This document shows, piece after piece, positions 46,775-56,142 of a DNA stretch of 64,000 bases. How positions within the stretch are numbered: position 1 is the first letter of the stretch; every line of letters begins with the position of its first letter. The DNA comes from an uncultured Chloroflexia bacterium (GTDB lineage Bacteria; Chloroflexota; Anaerolineae; Anaerolineales; UBA4823). The notes under the pieces were generated by a model. That model saw only the letters and a program-made list of their open reading frames with translations, was not told the DNA's origin and made no database searches. Both the position numbers and the translations under genes were made by a program. The stretch spans positions 58,651 to 122,650 of the forward strand of contig CAVYQO010000010.1 of the NCBI GenBank assembly GCA_963770655.1. Direction: 5' to 3'.

Positions 46775-47863
46775 ATGGCGACAACGATCACCATTAAAAA
46801 TTTGACCAAGCGTTTCGGCAACGTCGTGGCGGTAAATAACATCAGCTTGACGATCGAACCGGGCTCTTTTCTAACCCTGCTGGGACCTTCGGGCTGCGGA
46901 AAGACAACTCTGCTGCGCTGCATCGCCGGGTTGGAGGATCCCGATGATGGTGAAATCTACGTCGGCGATAAGGTTGTATATTCGCGACAGCGTGGAATTT
47001 CGATCCCCTCGGGTCAGCGCGACCTTGGAATGGTGTTTCAGAATTATGCCTTGTGGCCGCACATGACCGTTCATAAAAATATCACCTTTGCACTTGAAAT
47101 CAAAAAAATGACTAAGGCGCAGATGGATGAAAGGGTTAAGGAAGCGCTGGCCGAAGTGCAGATGGATGGCTACGCGGACCGCTACCCCCGCGAAATGAGC
47201 GGTGGGCAGCAGCAGCGCGTCGCCCTGGCTCGCATGCTGGCCTATCGCCCTAAGGTGTTCTTGATGGACGAGCCGCTATCCAACCTGGATGCCCGCTTGC
47301 GCATGGACATGCGCAGTGAGCTCAAGCGCCTGCACCATATTTCTGGCGCAACGACGATTTATGTGACCCACGATCAGCTAGAAGCATTGACCATGTCTTC
47401 AAGCATCGCGGTGATGAAGTTAGGCGTCATCCAACAATTGGATGCCCCTGACCGCATCTACCACTTCCCAGCCAATTTGTTTGTTGCGGATTTCATTGGC
47501 AATCCCAAAGTAAATTTAATGAACGGCGTGGTCAAGGGCGAAAATTTGGTTGACCTCGGAAAGTTTGATATTCCGTTAACAACACACGGTGTGACTGGAG
47601 AAGTGGTCGTGGCGGTTCGCCCTGAGGATATCAGTATTTCAACCGAGCCTATTGCCGGTGCGGTTGAATTCAGCGCCTATGCCGTGCTTCCTTCCGGAGC
47701 AAACTCGACGATTATTGCCCACCGGGATAAATTGGAACTCACTATTAAAGTGATGGGCATCAGTAAAATTGCGATGGATCAAAAAATCTGGCTGAGATTT
47801 GATCCTGATTGTTTGAACATCTACAATAAAGAAAGTGGAAATCTGGTGGTGTCATGCAATTAA
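46775..47863 (+). CDS. ABC importer ATPase (PotA/FbpC/MalK-type)
   Basis: GPSGCGKTT, MSGGQQQRVALARML, FLMDEPLSNLD, and a C-terminal TOBE-like regulatory domain. Confidence 0.9.
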   Translation: MATTITIKNLTKRFGNVVAVNNISLTIEPGSFLTLLGPSGCGKTTLLRCIAGLEDPDDGEIYVGDKVVYSRQRGISIPSGQRDLGMVFQNYALWPHMTVHKNITFALEIKKMTKAQMDERVKEALAEVQMDGYADRYPREMSGGQQQRVALARMLAYRPKVFLMDEPLSNLDARLRMDMRSELKRLHHISGATTIYVTHDQLEALTMSSSIAVMKLGVIQQLDAPDRIYHFPANLFVADFIGNPKVNLMNGVVKGENLVDLGKFDIPLTTHGVTGEVVVAVRPEDISISTEPIAGAVEFSAYAVLPSGANSTIIAHRDKLELTIKVMGISKIAMDQKIWLRFDPDCLNIYNKESGNLVVSCN

Positions 47864-47983
47864 AGGATGAACAAAGCTCAGCTCAAAATTGTTATCAAGG
47901 AGGCTGCATGGGATAAACCCTTTGAGAAATGTAAAAAGTGATCGTTCATGTGATTGACTCAATCATCAAGAAGGAGAAATGAA

Positions 47984-49249
47984 ATGAAAAATTTCGGTAA
48001 GTTATTGACCCTCGTGATTTTAATCTGCTTCCTGGCCGGCTGTGCAACTCCCGCACCGACAGCCGCCCCGGTAACGCAGCCGGCAGCAGCCGAGCCGGAA
48101 AACCGGCCGACACTGCCGTTCCAGCGCCGACAGAAGTCCCCCCCACTGAAGCGCCCGCTTTGACGCCAAAGGAAGAATGGCTGAAAGCGAACCAGCTTGG
48201 CACTTATACTTCCGATACCCAGGACTGGGCTGCGATCGAAGAAGCTGCCAAGAAGGAAGGAAAAGTAATCGTTTATGCCAACTCTTCCAAGATTGCCAAT
48301 GCAGCCGAGATTTGGGCGGAGAAATACCCGGACATCGCCATAGAAGGATATGATCTGGGCGGCGACGATGTGCTTTCTAAGACTATCGGAGAGCAGGAAT
48401 CGGGCCTGGTCGTTGGCGACGTTTGGTTCAGCAGCGGCGGCGCTGAAGTCGTCGGCAATGTTCTGCCAAAAGAATATGTCTGGCGCTTCATACCGGATAG
48501 CGTATCTGTATCTCCCGAATATACGGAGCCACTATTGATGTCCCGACTTGGAACGACAATATTGGCTTATAACTCGGAGCTAAACGAAAAATGCCCGGTG
48601 ACCAACCTTTGGGAATTAACCCAACCGGAATGGAAAGGCAAGTTTGTCATCGAGGATCCGCTAAATGACGCCTCCACGCTGAGCAAACTGCTCACCATTG
48701 TTTACCACGCTGATGAAATGAAGCAAGCGTATATCGATCTCTACGGGTCCGAACCAGTACTGGATGCCGATACCCCGGACGCTGGCTGGTTGTGGCTTAA
48801 GAAGTTTGCTCAGAACGCCCCCATCCCGCAGCCAGGCGGCGATGAAGTCGAACTCAGCCTTTGCCGCCCCAGGGATGAAAGATAGTCTGCTTGCCTTTAC
48901 CTCGTACTCGAACTACCCCGATGTTCAAGATGGCAACCTGGCCTTTGAGCCATGCTGGGGCGTTACGCCGATCAGCGGTATTCAGGCGCAAAGCTACCTG
49001 GGCGTCATGAACCAGGCGCCGCACCCGAACGCGGCTAAGTTGTTTATTAAGTTCATCACGAGTGCAGACGGGCGCGATCCCTGGGCTAAATTTGGCACCT
49101 ATTTCCCCGACCCAACTTATGAAGTGCCGGAAGGCCAATTGACCCTGGATGAAGTGCAGAAATTGACCTGGTTTATTCCGGAGCAATTTGCCTACGATAA
49201 TCTCGTTCAGGCTCGCGACTTTTATTTGTTGAACTTGGGTACACCGTAA
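47984..49249 (+). CDS. ABC importer substrate-binding lipoprotein, two frameshifts (48099-48102 and about 48841-48860)
   Basis: MKNFGKLLTLVILICFLAGC lipobox, then a Pro/Ala/Thr linker. The three track ORFs 47954..48163, 48160..48885 and 48764..49249 join into one family-1 solute-binding protein. The first break is an A4 run that needs A5. Confidence 0.75.
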
Positions 49250-49285
49250 AACATATCAGTAATCAGCTTACAGCGGTCAAGGATT

Positions 49286-49403
49286 CAGCCTGGGCATAGC
49301 AGCGACCCATGTCCAGGCTGCGCCGCCGCAAGCGCGATAAATCGATCGAACCAAAACGAAACCATAGGGGCGCACGTAGTGCAAGCAGCACGTAGTGCGC
49401 CCC
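49286..49403 (+). other. two strong hairpins in a 226-nt intra-cluster spacer
   Basis: First hairpin, 49286-49320: CAGCCTGGGCAT / ATGTCCAGGCTG, 12 bp with 1 mismatch. Second hairpin, 49367-49403: GGGGCGCAC-GTA-GTGC-AAGCA-GCAC-GTA-GTGCGCCCC. Confidence 0.6.
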
Positions 49404-49475
49404 TACAGAGAGAACGCATGGACAAGGATGGTCCTCGCGTATAGTGGAGTATTCTCTCGGCAAGGAGGCAGTCGT

Positions 49476-50913
49476 ATGACCATCAGGGCGGTATTCTTTG
49501 ACATGGGAGGCACAATCCAGACCTTCAGCTATACCCGCGAGCTGCGCCTGGCTGCAACGCCGGGCCTCCGCGAACTGCTCAGGTCATCCGGGATCAACCT
49601 GTCTCTCGACGACGAAGCGCTCTTTACTTTGGTGTCGGACGGCCTGGCGCGTTATCACGAATGGAGCATCGACAGCATGCAGGAGCTGCCTCCGCAGAAA
49701 GTTTGGCGCGACTACATCCTAACCGGCCTTGTGGTTGATTCCAAAATCTTGGATTCGATCGCTGAGGATTTGATGGTTTATATCGAAACTCGATACTACT
49801 ACCGTGAGATGCGACCCGAAGCGCCCGATGTTTTGGAGGCTATCCGGAGCATGGGATTAAAGATTGGCCTGATCAGCAATGTATGCAGCCGGAGGCAGGT
49901 CCCTGACAATTTAGCGGAATATGGCATTGCTGATTTTTTCGATCCCATCGTCCTTGTCCAGTGAATATGGGCGGCGCAAACCCGACCCGGCAATTTTTCA
50001 CTATGCTGCCCGACTGGCGAACGTCCCTACCAGCGAATGTCTTTATGTGGGCGATCGCATCGCCCGGGATATCGTAGGTGCGCGCAAAGCGGGCTTCAAG
50101 CTTGCGATCCAGATCAGGAATGATTTCAAGCACGGAGAGGTCGACGAAGGCGCGACCCCGGATGCGGCAATCGAGGAGTTGACCGAGCTGCTCGATATTC
50201 TTAGGAGAGATCAACTGGCTGTCGCCGAAAGCGGGACCTCCGCGGCTGACCCCTCTAGGCGGGTCCGCGCCCTGTTGTTCGATGCCGGCGATATCCTTTA
50301 CTACAGGACAGAGCGCGGTTGTAAGTTTGCCCATTTCCTTCAGGAATTGGGTCTCGATACCTTTACCAAGCACGATGTAGAGAAGGAAAAACTGGTACAG
50401 CAGGCTTACCGGGGAGAGATCAGCCAGGATGAATACCGGGAGGCTATTCTCCGCTTGTACGGCGTCTCACAGCCGGCTGATATTGAACGCGGCAAGCGGA
50501 TCCTGGCAGAAGAAGATGATGGCGTCAGTTTTTTTGACGGCGTCCAGCAAACGCTGCTCGATCTGAAGCACAAGGGCTTCTTACTGGGGATTGTCACCGA
50601 TACCGCCAATCCGATTTATGTCAAACTAAGCTGGTTTGAGCAGGGCGGTTTTGAGCATGTTTGGGATTCGATCATATCGTCACAAGAGATCGGAGTGCGC
50701 AAGCCGGACCCCAGGATTTATGGCGCCGCGATGCAGCAATTAGGTGTTACCTCCGATCAGGTCGTGTTTATCGGGCATAAGCCCTCCGAACTGGACGGCG
50801 CTCGCGCGGTTGGAATGAAAACAATTGCCTTTAACTACGAACAAAATGCGCAGGCGGATTTTTATATCCAGCAGTTTCCCGAGCTGTTGAAACTGCCGGT
50901 CATCGCAGCGTAA
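49476..50913 (+). CDS. tandem double HAD-domain protein, one frameshift near 49950-49958
   Basis: The ATG at 49476 follows AAGGAGG. Domain 1: VFFDMGGTI ... SSEYGRRKPDPAIF ... VGDRIARDI. Domain 2: LLFDAGDIL ... SSQEIGVRKPDPRIY ... IGHKPSELDG. The track ORFs 49395..49964 and 49921..50913 join at ...ADFFDPIVL | SSEYGRRKPDP. Confidence 0.75.
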
Positions 50914-50937
50914 TTGCTATTGGGAAAAATTTACCAA

Positions 50938-52611
50938 ATGATTGATCACGTAGAAGCCATTTTATTTGATATGGGCGGCACCCTGCGCAGCACCCGGAAG
51001 CGCAGCAGGGAAGACCGGCTTGCATTTACCACCGAGATCCTAAAACTGCTGGGTTCCAGCGCTGATCCGGCAAGGTTTTCGCGCTTGCTGGCCCGCCGGG
51101 CGACTGCCTACCGGCGCTGGGCGCGTGAGACCATGATCGAACTAAATGAAATCGAGCTGTGGACACGCTGGATGCTACCGGATTGGCCACAAGAGCAGAT
51201 CCGCACCCAAGCCATCCAGCTCAATGATCTGTGGCGCAAAGCAACTGGGGAGCGGATCGTCTTCCCGGAGGCGGCCGTGGTTCTGCGAGAGCTCTTCCGC
51301 CGCGGCTACCGGCTTGGGCTGGTCAGCAACACTACCAGCAGCACCGAAGTCCCAGAGGCTTTTCGAAAGTTGGGTCTTACCGGTTATTTTGAGACGATCA
51401 TCCTTTCTGCAGTCGTTGGCAAGCGGAAACCCGATCCTGGTATCTTGCTGGAAGCGACCGGCCGCATGGAAATTGAGCCCGATAAATGCGTCTACATTGG
51501 CGATCTCCCCCACCGGGATGTGGCGGCTGCCCGAAAAGCCGGATTTTCAAAAACGATCCTGATCCGCAAGCGCTCCAGACGGGGCGCCAAACCGATTGCG
51601 GATGCCCGGCTCGAGCCCGATTATGACATCCGCAATCTGATGGAGCTGCTGGATATTTTCCCGCGGCGCACTCCCCCGCAGCCAGCGCCTATTTTTGCAG
51701 CATCTGTCTCCACAATGTGGGCGATCAAAAATTTCAACTCGCTGGGAGATTTCATGGAAGCTGGCCGGCGGATCGGGTTGGGCGCGATTGAATTAAATCA
51801 CCAGGTCGATTCGATTATGTTAGAGGGAATCCCCCTGGTCGAACATCATTTCAGCAGCATCCATGAGCCCTGCCCGGCGGATATTTCCGTGGCGGTGTTG
51901 AAAAATCGCGACTGGCTGATCTCAGCGACGGACGAAGCCTGCCGCCGCGAAGGGGTGAGGTCCATTCAGCGCAGCATCGACCTGGCGCGCCAGTTGGGAG
52001 CGGGCGCGATTGTCATCCATTCCGGGACCGTACACCCAGACCGGTCATTTGAAGATCGCCTGCGCCATCTGCTCCTTGCCGGGCAGAACCACACGCAGGA
52101 ATATCGGGATTTATACGACCTCCTCATCCAAAAACGGCGCCAATTTGCGTCTCCCGGCCTGGAGGCAGTTAAGCAAAGTCTCGTAGATCTGCTCGATTAT
52201 GCCGCCGGATCTGGGATTCGCTTAGGTCTTGAGAACCGCTATCATTATTTGGAATTCCCCAGCCCGGATGAACTGGCCGAGCTGCTCAGTATGGCAGGAC
52301 CCGACCGCCTGGGTTTTATTTACGATGTCGGCCACGCCCAGGCGCTATCTCGTTTGGGGTTTTATCCCCACGATGAATGGCTCAGGCGCTTTGGGCAGCG
52401 CATGATTGGTACGCATCTTCACGATGTGATTGGCTTACAGGATCACCTGGCGCCGGGGCAAGGCGAAGTGGATTTCGATTTAATTTCAGCTTATTTACCC
52501 AAAGAAGCATTTCGAACGATAGAGGTTCAAGGACCCTACACCCACGAGCAGATCAAAGAGAGCCTGATGTTCCTTCAACAGCACGGATGTATCGTGAAGC
52601 AGGAAATTTAA
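50938..52611 (+). CDS. HAD domain fused to a xylose-isomerase-like TIM-barrel domain
   Basis: N-terminal: ILFDMGGTL, VSNT, GKRKPDPGIL, IGDLPHRDV. C-terminal: GAIELNH, IVIHSG, GLENRYH, YDVGHA, HLHD. Start is taken at the ATG at 50938; a TTG at 50914 is possible. Confidence 0.75.
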   Translation: MIDHVEAILFDMGGTLRSTRKRSREDRLAFTTEILKLLGSSADPARFSRLLARRATAYRRWARETMIELNEIELWTRWMLPDWPQEQIRTQAIQLNDLWRKATGERIVFPEAAVVLRELFRRGYRLGLVSNTTSSTEVPEAFRKLGLTGYFETIILSAVVGKRKPDPGILLEATGRMEIEPDKCVYIGDLPHRDVAAARKAGFSKTILIRKRSRRGAKPIADARLEPDYDIRNLMELLDIFPRRTPPQPAPIFAASVSTMWAIKNFNSLGDFMEAGRRIGLGAIELNHQVDSIMLEGIPLVEHHFSSIHEPCPADISVAVLKNRDWLISATDEACRREGVRSIQRSIDLARQLGAGAIVIHSGTVHPDRSFEDRLRHLLLAGQNHTQEYRDLYDLLIQKRRQFASPGLEAVKQSLVDLLDYAAGSGIRLGLENRYHYLEFPSPDELAELLSMAGPDRLGFIYDVGHAQALSRLGFYPHDEWLRRFGQRMIGTHLHDVIGLQDHLAPGQGEVDFDLISAYLPKEAFRTIEVQGPYTHEQIKESLMFLQQHGCIVKQEI

Positions 52612-52665
52612 AGGTACACAGGTGAGGGCGCACTCGCGTGTGCGTCCCAAATAGGAGGTATTCGC

Positions 52666-53283
52666 ATGCGCAAGTTATTCAAGAAACGTCAAAACAGATT
52701 TATTTTGATGATCCGCAACCAGGCCTCGCTCACTCTGGAAGGCATGGATGCATTGAAAGCTTATATGACTGGCGATGATCCGGCGGCAAGCGTACTCACC
52801 GCCAAGGAAAAAGAAGCCGATGAAGCCCGCCGGATTCTCATCGATGAATTGAACCAAACCTTTGTGACGCCTTTCGACCGTGAGGATATTTTCAGTCTCT
52901 CCCGCACCATCGATGACGTTATCGACTATGCCTACAGCACGGTCAACGAAATGGAAATCCTGAATGTTGAACCAACTCCTTTCAGCCTGCGCATGGCGTC
53001 CCTGCTCCGAGACGCAGCTTACGAACTGCTCATGGCTGTGGACTGTCTTGAAGAGCATCCCCGGGTTACCAATGAGCATGCCCAGCGCGCCAAGGCGCTC
53101 GAAAACCGGGTGGAAGCGGTTTACCGCGAAGCGCTAGCCGATCTTTTCAGCGAGGTCGATGACATCGCCCAGGTGGTTAAGATGCTGAAAATGCGCGAGG
53201 TCTATCGCCATTTGAGCAACGCCGCTGACCGCGGCGATGAAGCAGCAAACGTATTGGCTGACATCGTGGTCAAGATCACCTGA
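52666..53283 (+). CDS. DUF47/PhoU-like phosphate-transport accessory protein
   Basis: 205-aa helical protein with FVTPFDREDI and a pairing to PiT, as is typical. Confidence 0.75.
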   Translation: MRKLFKKRQNRFILMIRNQASLTLEGMDALKAYMTGDDPAASVLTAKEKEADEARRILIDELNQTFVTPFDREDIFSLSRTIDDVIDYAYSTVNEMEILNVEPTPFSLRMASLLRDAAYELLMAVDCLEEHPRVTNEHAQRAKALENRVEAVYREALADLFSEVDDIAQVVKMLKMREVYRHLSNAADRGDEAANVLADIVVKIT

Positions 53284-53293
53284 GAAAAGGTCA

Positions 53294-54286
53294 ATGTCCA
53301 TTACCCTGTTTCTTCTTATTGTCGTAATTGTATTGGCGTTGGCGTTCGATTTTTTGAACGGCATCCACGACTCGAGCAATGTCGTTGCCACAATGATTTC
53401 ATCGCGGTCGCTGCCGCCTCGAGTTGCCCTGGGAATGACTGCTGTGGCGGAATTTCTGGGTCCCTTTATCTTTGGCGTGGCCGTGGCGGAAACGATCGGA
53501 GGCATCGTCGATGCGAATGCAATTAGCCTGCAGGTACTGATCGCGGCCTTGGGTAGTGCAATCCTGTGGAACTTGCTGACCTGGTACCTGGGTTTTCCGA
53601 GCAGCTCGTCGCATGCCCTGGTCGGTGGTTTGATCGGGGCGGTGCTGGTCGGGGCGGGTTGGCAGGCAATTAACCTCGACGAATTCGAAAAAATTGTGAT
53701 TGCCTTGTTCACCTCTCCGTTTATTGGATTCATTTTTGGCTTTATTCTGCTGAGAATTATTATGGTACTTTGCTGGAACGCCACGCCGAGAGTCAACTGG
53801 ATCTTCAAACGCGGCCAGATCTTTACAGGGCTTGCCCTGGCCCTCAGCCATGGTGCGAATGATGCCCAAAAGACGATGGGCCTAATCTCGCTTGCCCTGG
53901 TCATCGCCGGATATTCGGCTACTTTGGTGGTCCCGGAGTGGGTTATCTTCTTATGCGCCAGTATGATCGCCCTGGGGACCGCCATGGGCGGCTGGAAGCT
54001 GATCCGCACCCTGGGGGGCAAGTTCTATAAAATCCGCCCGGTGGACGGATTTTCGTCTCAATTGGCCTCTGCCACCGTCATCCTTGGCGCTTCGCTGGTC
54101 GGCGGCCCGGTGAGCACAACCCAGGTGGTCAGTTCGTCGATCATGGGGGCAGGCGCCGCCGAGCGGGTGAATAAAGTGCGTTGGGGTGTAGCTCAGGAGA
54201 TCGCCACTGCCTGGTTGTTGACCATTCCGGCTACCGCCCTGGTTGCTGCCGGGCTTTACTGGGTCATTATTCAATTTATCCCTTGA
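53294..54286 (+). CDS. PiT-family inorganic phosphate transporter
   Basis: The ATG at 53294. Motifs FDFLNGIHDSSNVVA and SHGANDAQKTMG (the two PiT signature repeats). 330 aa, polytopic. Confidence 0.85.
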   Translation: MSITLFLLIVVIVLALAFDFLNGIHDSSNVVATMISSRSLPPRVALGMTAVAEFLGPFIFGVAVAETIGGIVDANAISLQVLIAALGSAILWNLLTWYLGFPSSSSHALVGGLIGAVLVGAGWQAINLDEFEKIVIALFTSPFIGFIFGFILLRIIMVLCWNATPRVNWIFKRGQIFTGLALALSHGANDAQKTMGLISLALVIAGYSATLVVPEWVIFLCASMIALGTAMGGWKLIRTLGGKFYKIRPVDGFSSQLASATVILGASLVGGPVSTTQVVSSSIMGAGAAERVNKVRWGVAQEIATAWLLTIPATALVAAGLYWVIIQFIP

Positions 54287-54314
54287 CCCCTACTAATTTT
54301 TTTGAAAGGTTATC

Positions 54315-55217
54315 ATGACAACGAACAATATCTACGATCTGGTGTGTATTGGCAATTACACCAAGGACACAATTATTTCCCCAGCGGGGGTAAGATACGT
54401 CGATGGCGGCGCGGTCAACTATGCCGCCCATGCCGCGGCCCAGCTTGGGATCAAGACAGCCGTGGTCACCCGCCTTGCCCAGGAGGACGACCGCGTGGTG
54501 AAGAAGTTTGCAGCGGCCGGCATTGATTGCTTTGTTGTTTACACGCCGCAATCCACGTTGATGAAGCTCGAATATCCGACGGCGGATCCCGACATCCGCC
54601 GCCTATCTGTAGCCGCCACAGCCGGTTCGATCACCGGTGAGCAAGTTGAAAACCTGCAGACCAGGGCGGCTGTGATTGGTTCGAGCCTGCGCGGTGAGGT
54701 TGGGTTGGACGTGATCCAGGCTTTGAAGGCCAGGGGAGTCCTGGTGGCTGCAGATATGCAGGGGTACGTGCGCGTCCTGCGCGGCGAAGAGCTCCGCTAC
54801 GAGGCCTGGGAAGAAATGCAATCGACGCTGGCCCAGGTCGACATCGTTAAAAGCGATGCGGTGGAGGCGGAGTTCCTGACTGGCGAAACGGATTTGCGCA
54901 AAGCCGCCCAATTCTATGCTGCCATGGGACCCAGAGAGATCGTGCTCACCCACAAGGACGGCGTGCTCATCTATGCCGACGGAATTTTCACCGATGTCGG
55001 GTTCTTCCCGGCGAGGATGGACGGGCGCAGCGGCCGCGGCGATACCTGTATCGGTACGTACGTTGCGATGCGGCTTTCCAAGCCGCCGCGCCAGGCTGGC
55101 ATCTGGGCCGCGGCGGTCACCAGTTTAAAAATGGAAGATCTCGGACCTTTCAATCGCTCAATCGCTGATGTGGATGCACTGATCCATGCAAAATACAATC
55201 ACGGATCGGTTCAATAA
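54315..55217 (+). CDS. PfkB-family carbohydrate kinase
   Basis: LVCIGNYTKD, GGAVNYAA, and a C-terminal GRGDTCIGTYV. Confidence 0.8.
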   Translation: MTTNNIYDLVCIGNYTKDTIISPAGVRYVDGGAVNYAAHAAAQLGIKTAVVTRLAQEDDRVVKKFAAAGIDCFVVYTPQSTLMKLEYPTADPDIRRLSVAATAGSITGEQVENLQTRAAVIGSSLRGEVGLDVIQALKARGVLVAADMQGYVRVLRGEELRYEAWEEMQSTLAQVDIVKSDAVEAEFLTGETDLRKAAQFYAAMGPREIVLTHKDGVLIYADGIFTDVGFFPARMDGRSGRGDTCIGTYVAMRLSKPPRQAGIWAAAVTSLKMEDLGPFNRSIADVDALIHAKYNHGSVQ

Positions 55218-55285
55218 GGAGCAAGCCCGCATCGCCCAGTGCAAGGCTAGACGCAGCAGCCGGTTATCCCCAACTTTTCGCAGGT

Positions 55286-56074
55286 ATGGCTGCAGAGTGG
55301 AATTCACCCGCTTCAGCAGACTGCGCCTGGCTGATGTATGCTGCGAATTATGTTTTTCGCACAGGGGGCATCCTTTGGGCGATGGATCCCCTAACCTTGC
55401 GCTGGCGCGTCCCTGAAGCGCCTGCAGTGGACACCCGCCATGCCTTCGACCGGCTTGATTTTGTACTGCTGACCCACCGCCATGCCGACCACCTGGATTT
55501 CGATCTGCTGAGATCGCTGCGCCATCTGCCCATCCGCTGGATTGTTCCAGAGTACCTCCTCCCCGAGGTGATGGCAGAAGCGGCGCTGCCCGAGAATCAA
55601 ATCACTGTGCCGAACCTGCTCCAGCCCTTCGAAATCAAAGGGATTCACATCCTGCCCTTCGAAGGAAGGCATTGGGAAGCATCCCCGGGCGGCGACGGGA
55701 GTCTGCACGGGGTACCGGCGATGGGATACCGGATCCAGTTCAACGGCAAATCCTGGCTTTTTCCGGGCGACACCCGAAATTATCAAGGCGCACACAATCC
55801 ATCCCTGCCGGCGGTAGATGGCGTGTTCGCCCATGTATGGCTGGGACGCCGCTGCGCCTTGCTCGACGAGCCGCCCTTGCTGGACGACTTCTGCCGTTTC
55901 TGCGCCAGCCTGCAGCCGGAACGGGTGATCCTGACCCATCTGGAGGAATTTGGTCGAAAGGCGGACAATTACTGGGATGACCGCCACGCCCAGATGGTAA
56001 TCAAACGCCTGGGACAGATCGCACCGCAGATCCCCGTGCTGGCGGTTCGCATGGGAGAACGCGTTAGCCTGTAG
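55286..56074 (+). CDS. metallo-beta-lactamase-fold hydrolase
   Basis: LLTHRHADHLD (HxHxDH). Confidence 0.75.
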   Translation: MAAEWNSPASADCAWLMYAANYVFRTGGILWAMDPLTLRWRVPEAPAVDTRHAFDRLDFVLLTHRHADHLDFDLLRSLRHLPIRWIVPEYLLPEVMAEAALPENQITVPNLLQPFEIKGIHILPFEGRHWEASPGGDGSLHGVPAMGYRIQFNGKSWLFPGDTRNYQGAHNPSLPAVDGVFAHVWLGRRCALLDEPPLLDDFCRFCASLQPERVILTHLEEFGRKADNYWDDRHAQMVIKRLGQIAPQIPVLAVRMGERVSL

Positions 56075-56142
56075 GGGCGCACACTCCGGTGCGTCACTGA
56101 AATGAACTGTCTGGTTTCGACTTTCTTGAAACGATTCTGATA

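Noticed and set aside
53134-54021. 295-aa minus-strand ORF antisense to the DUF47 and PiT genes.
   Set aside because: The plus strand encodes proteins with clear PiT signature repeats. The antisense product is Pro/Arg/Ala-rich with no recognisable features.
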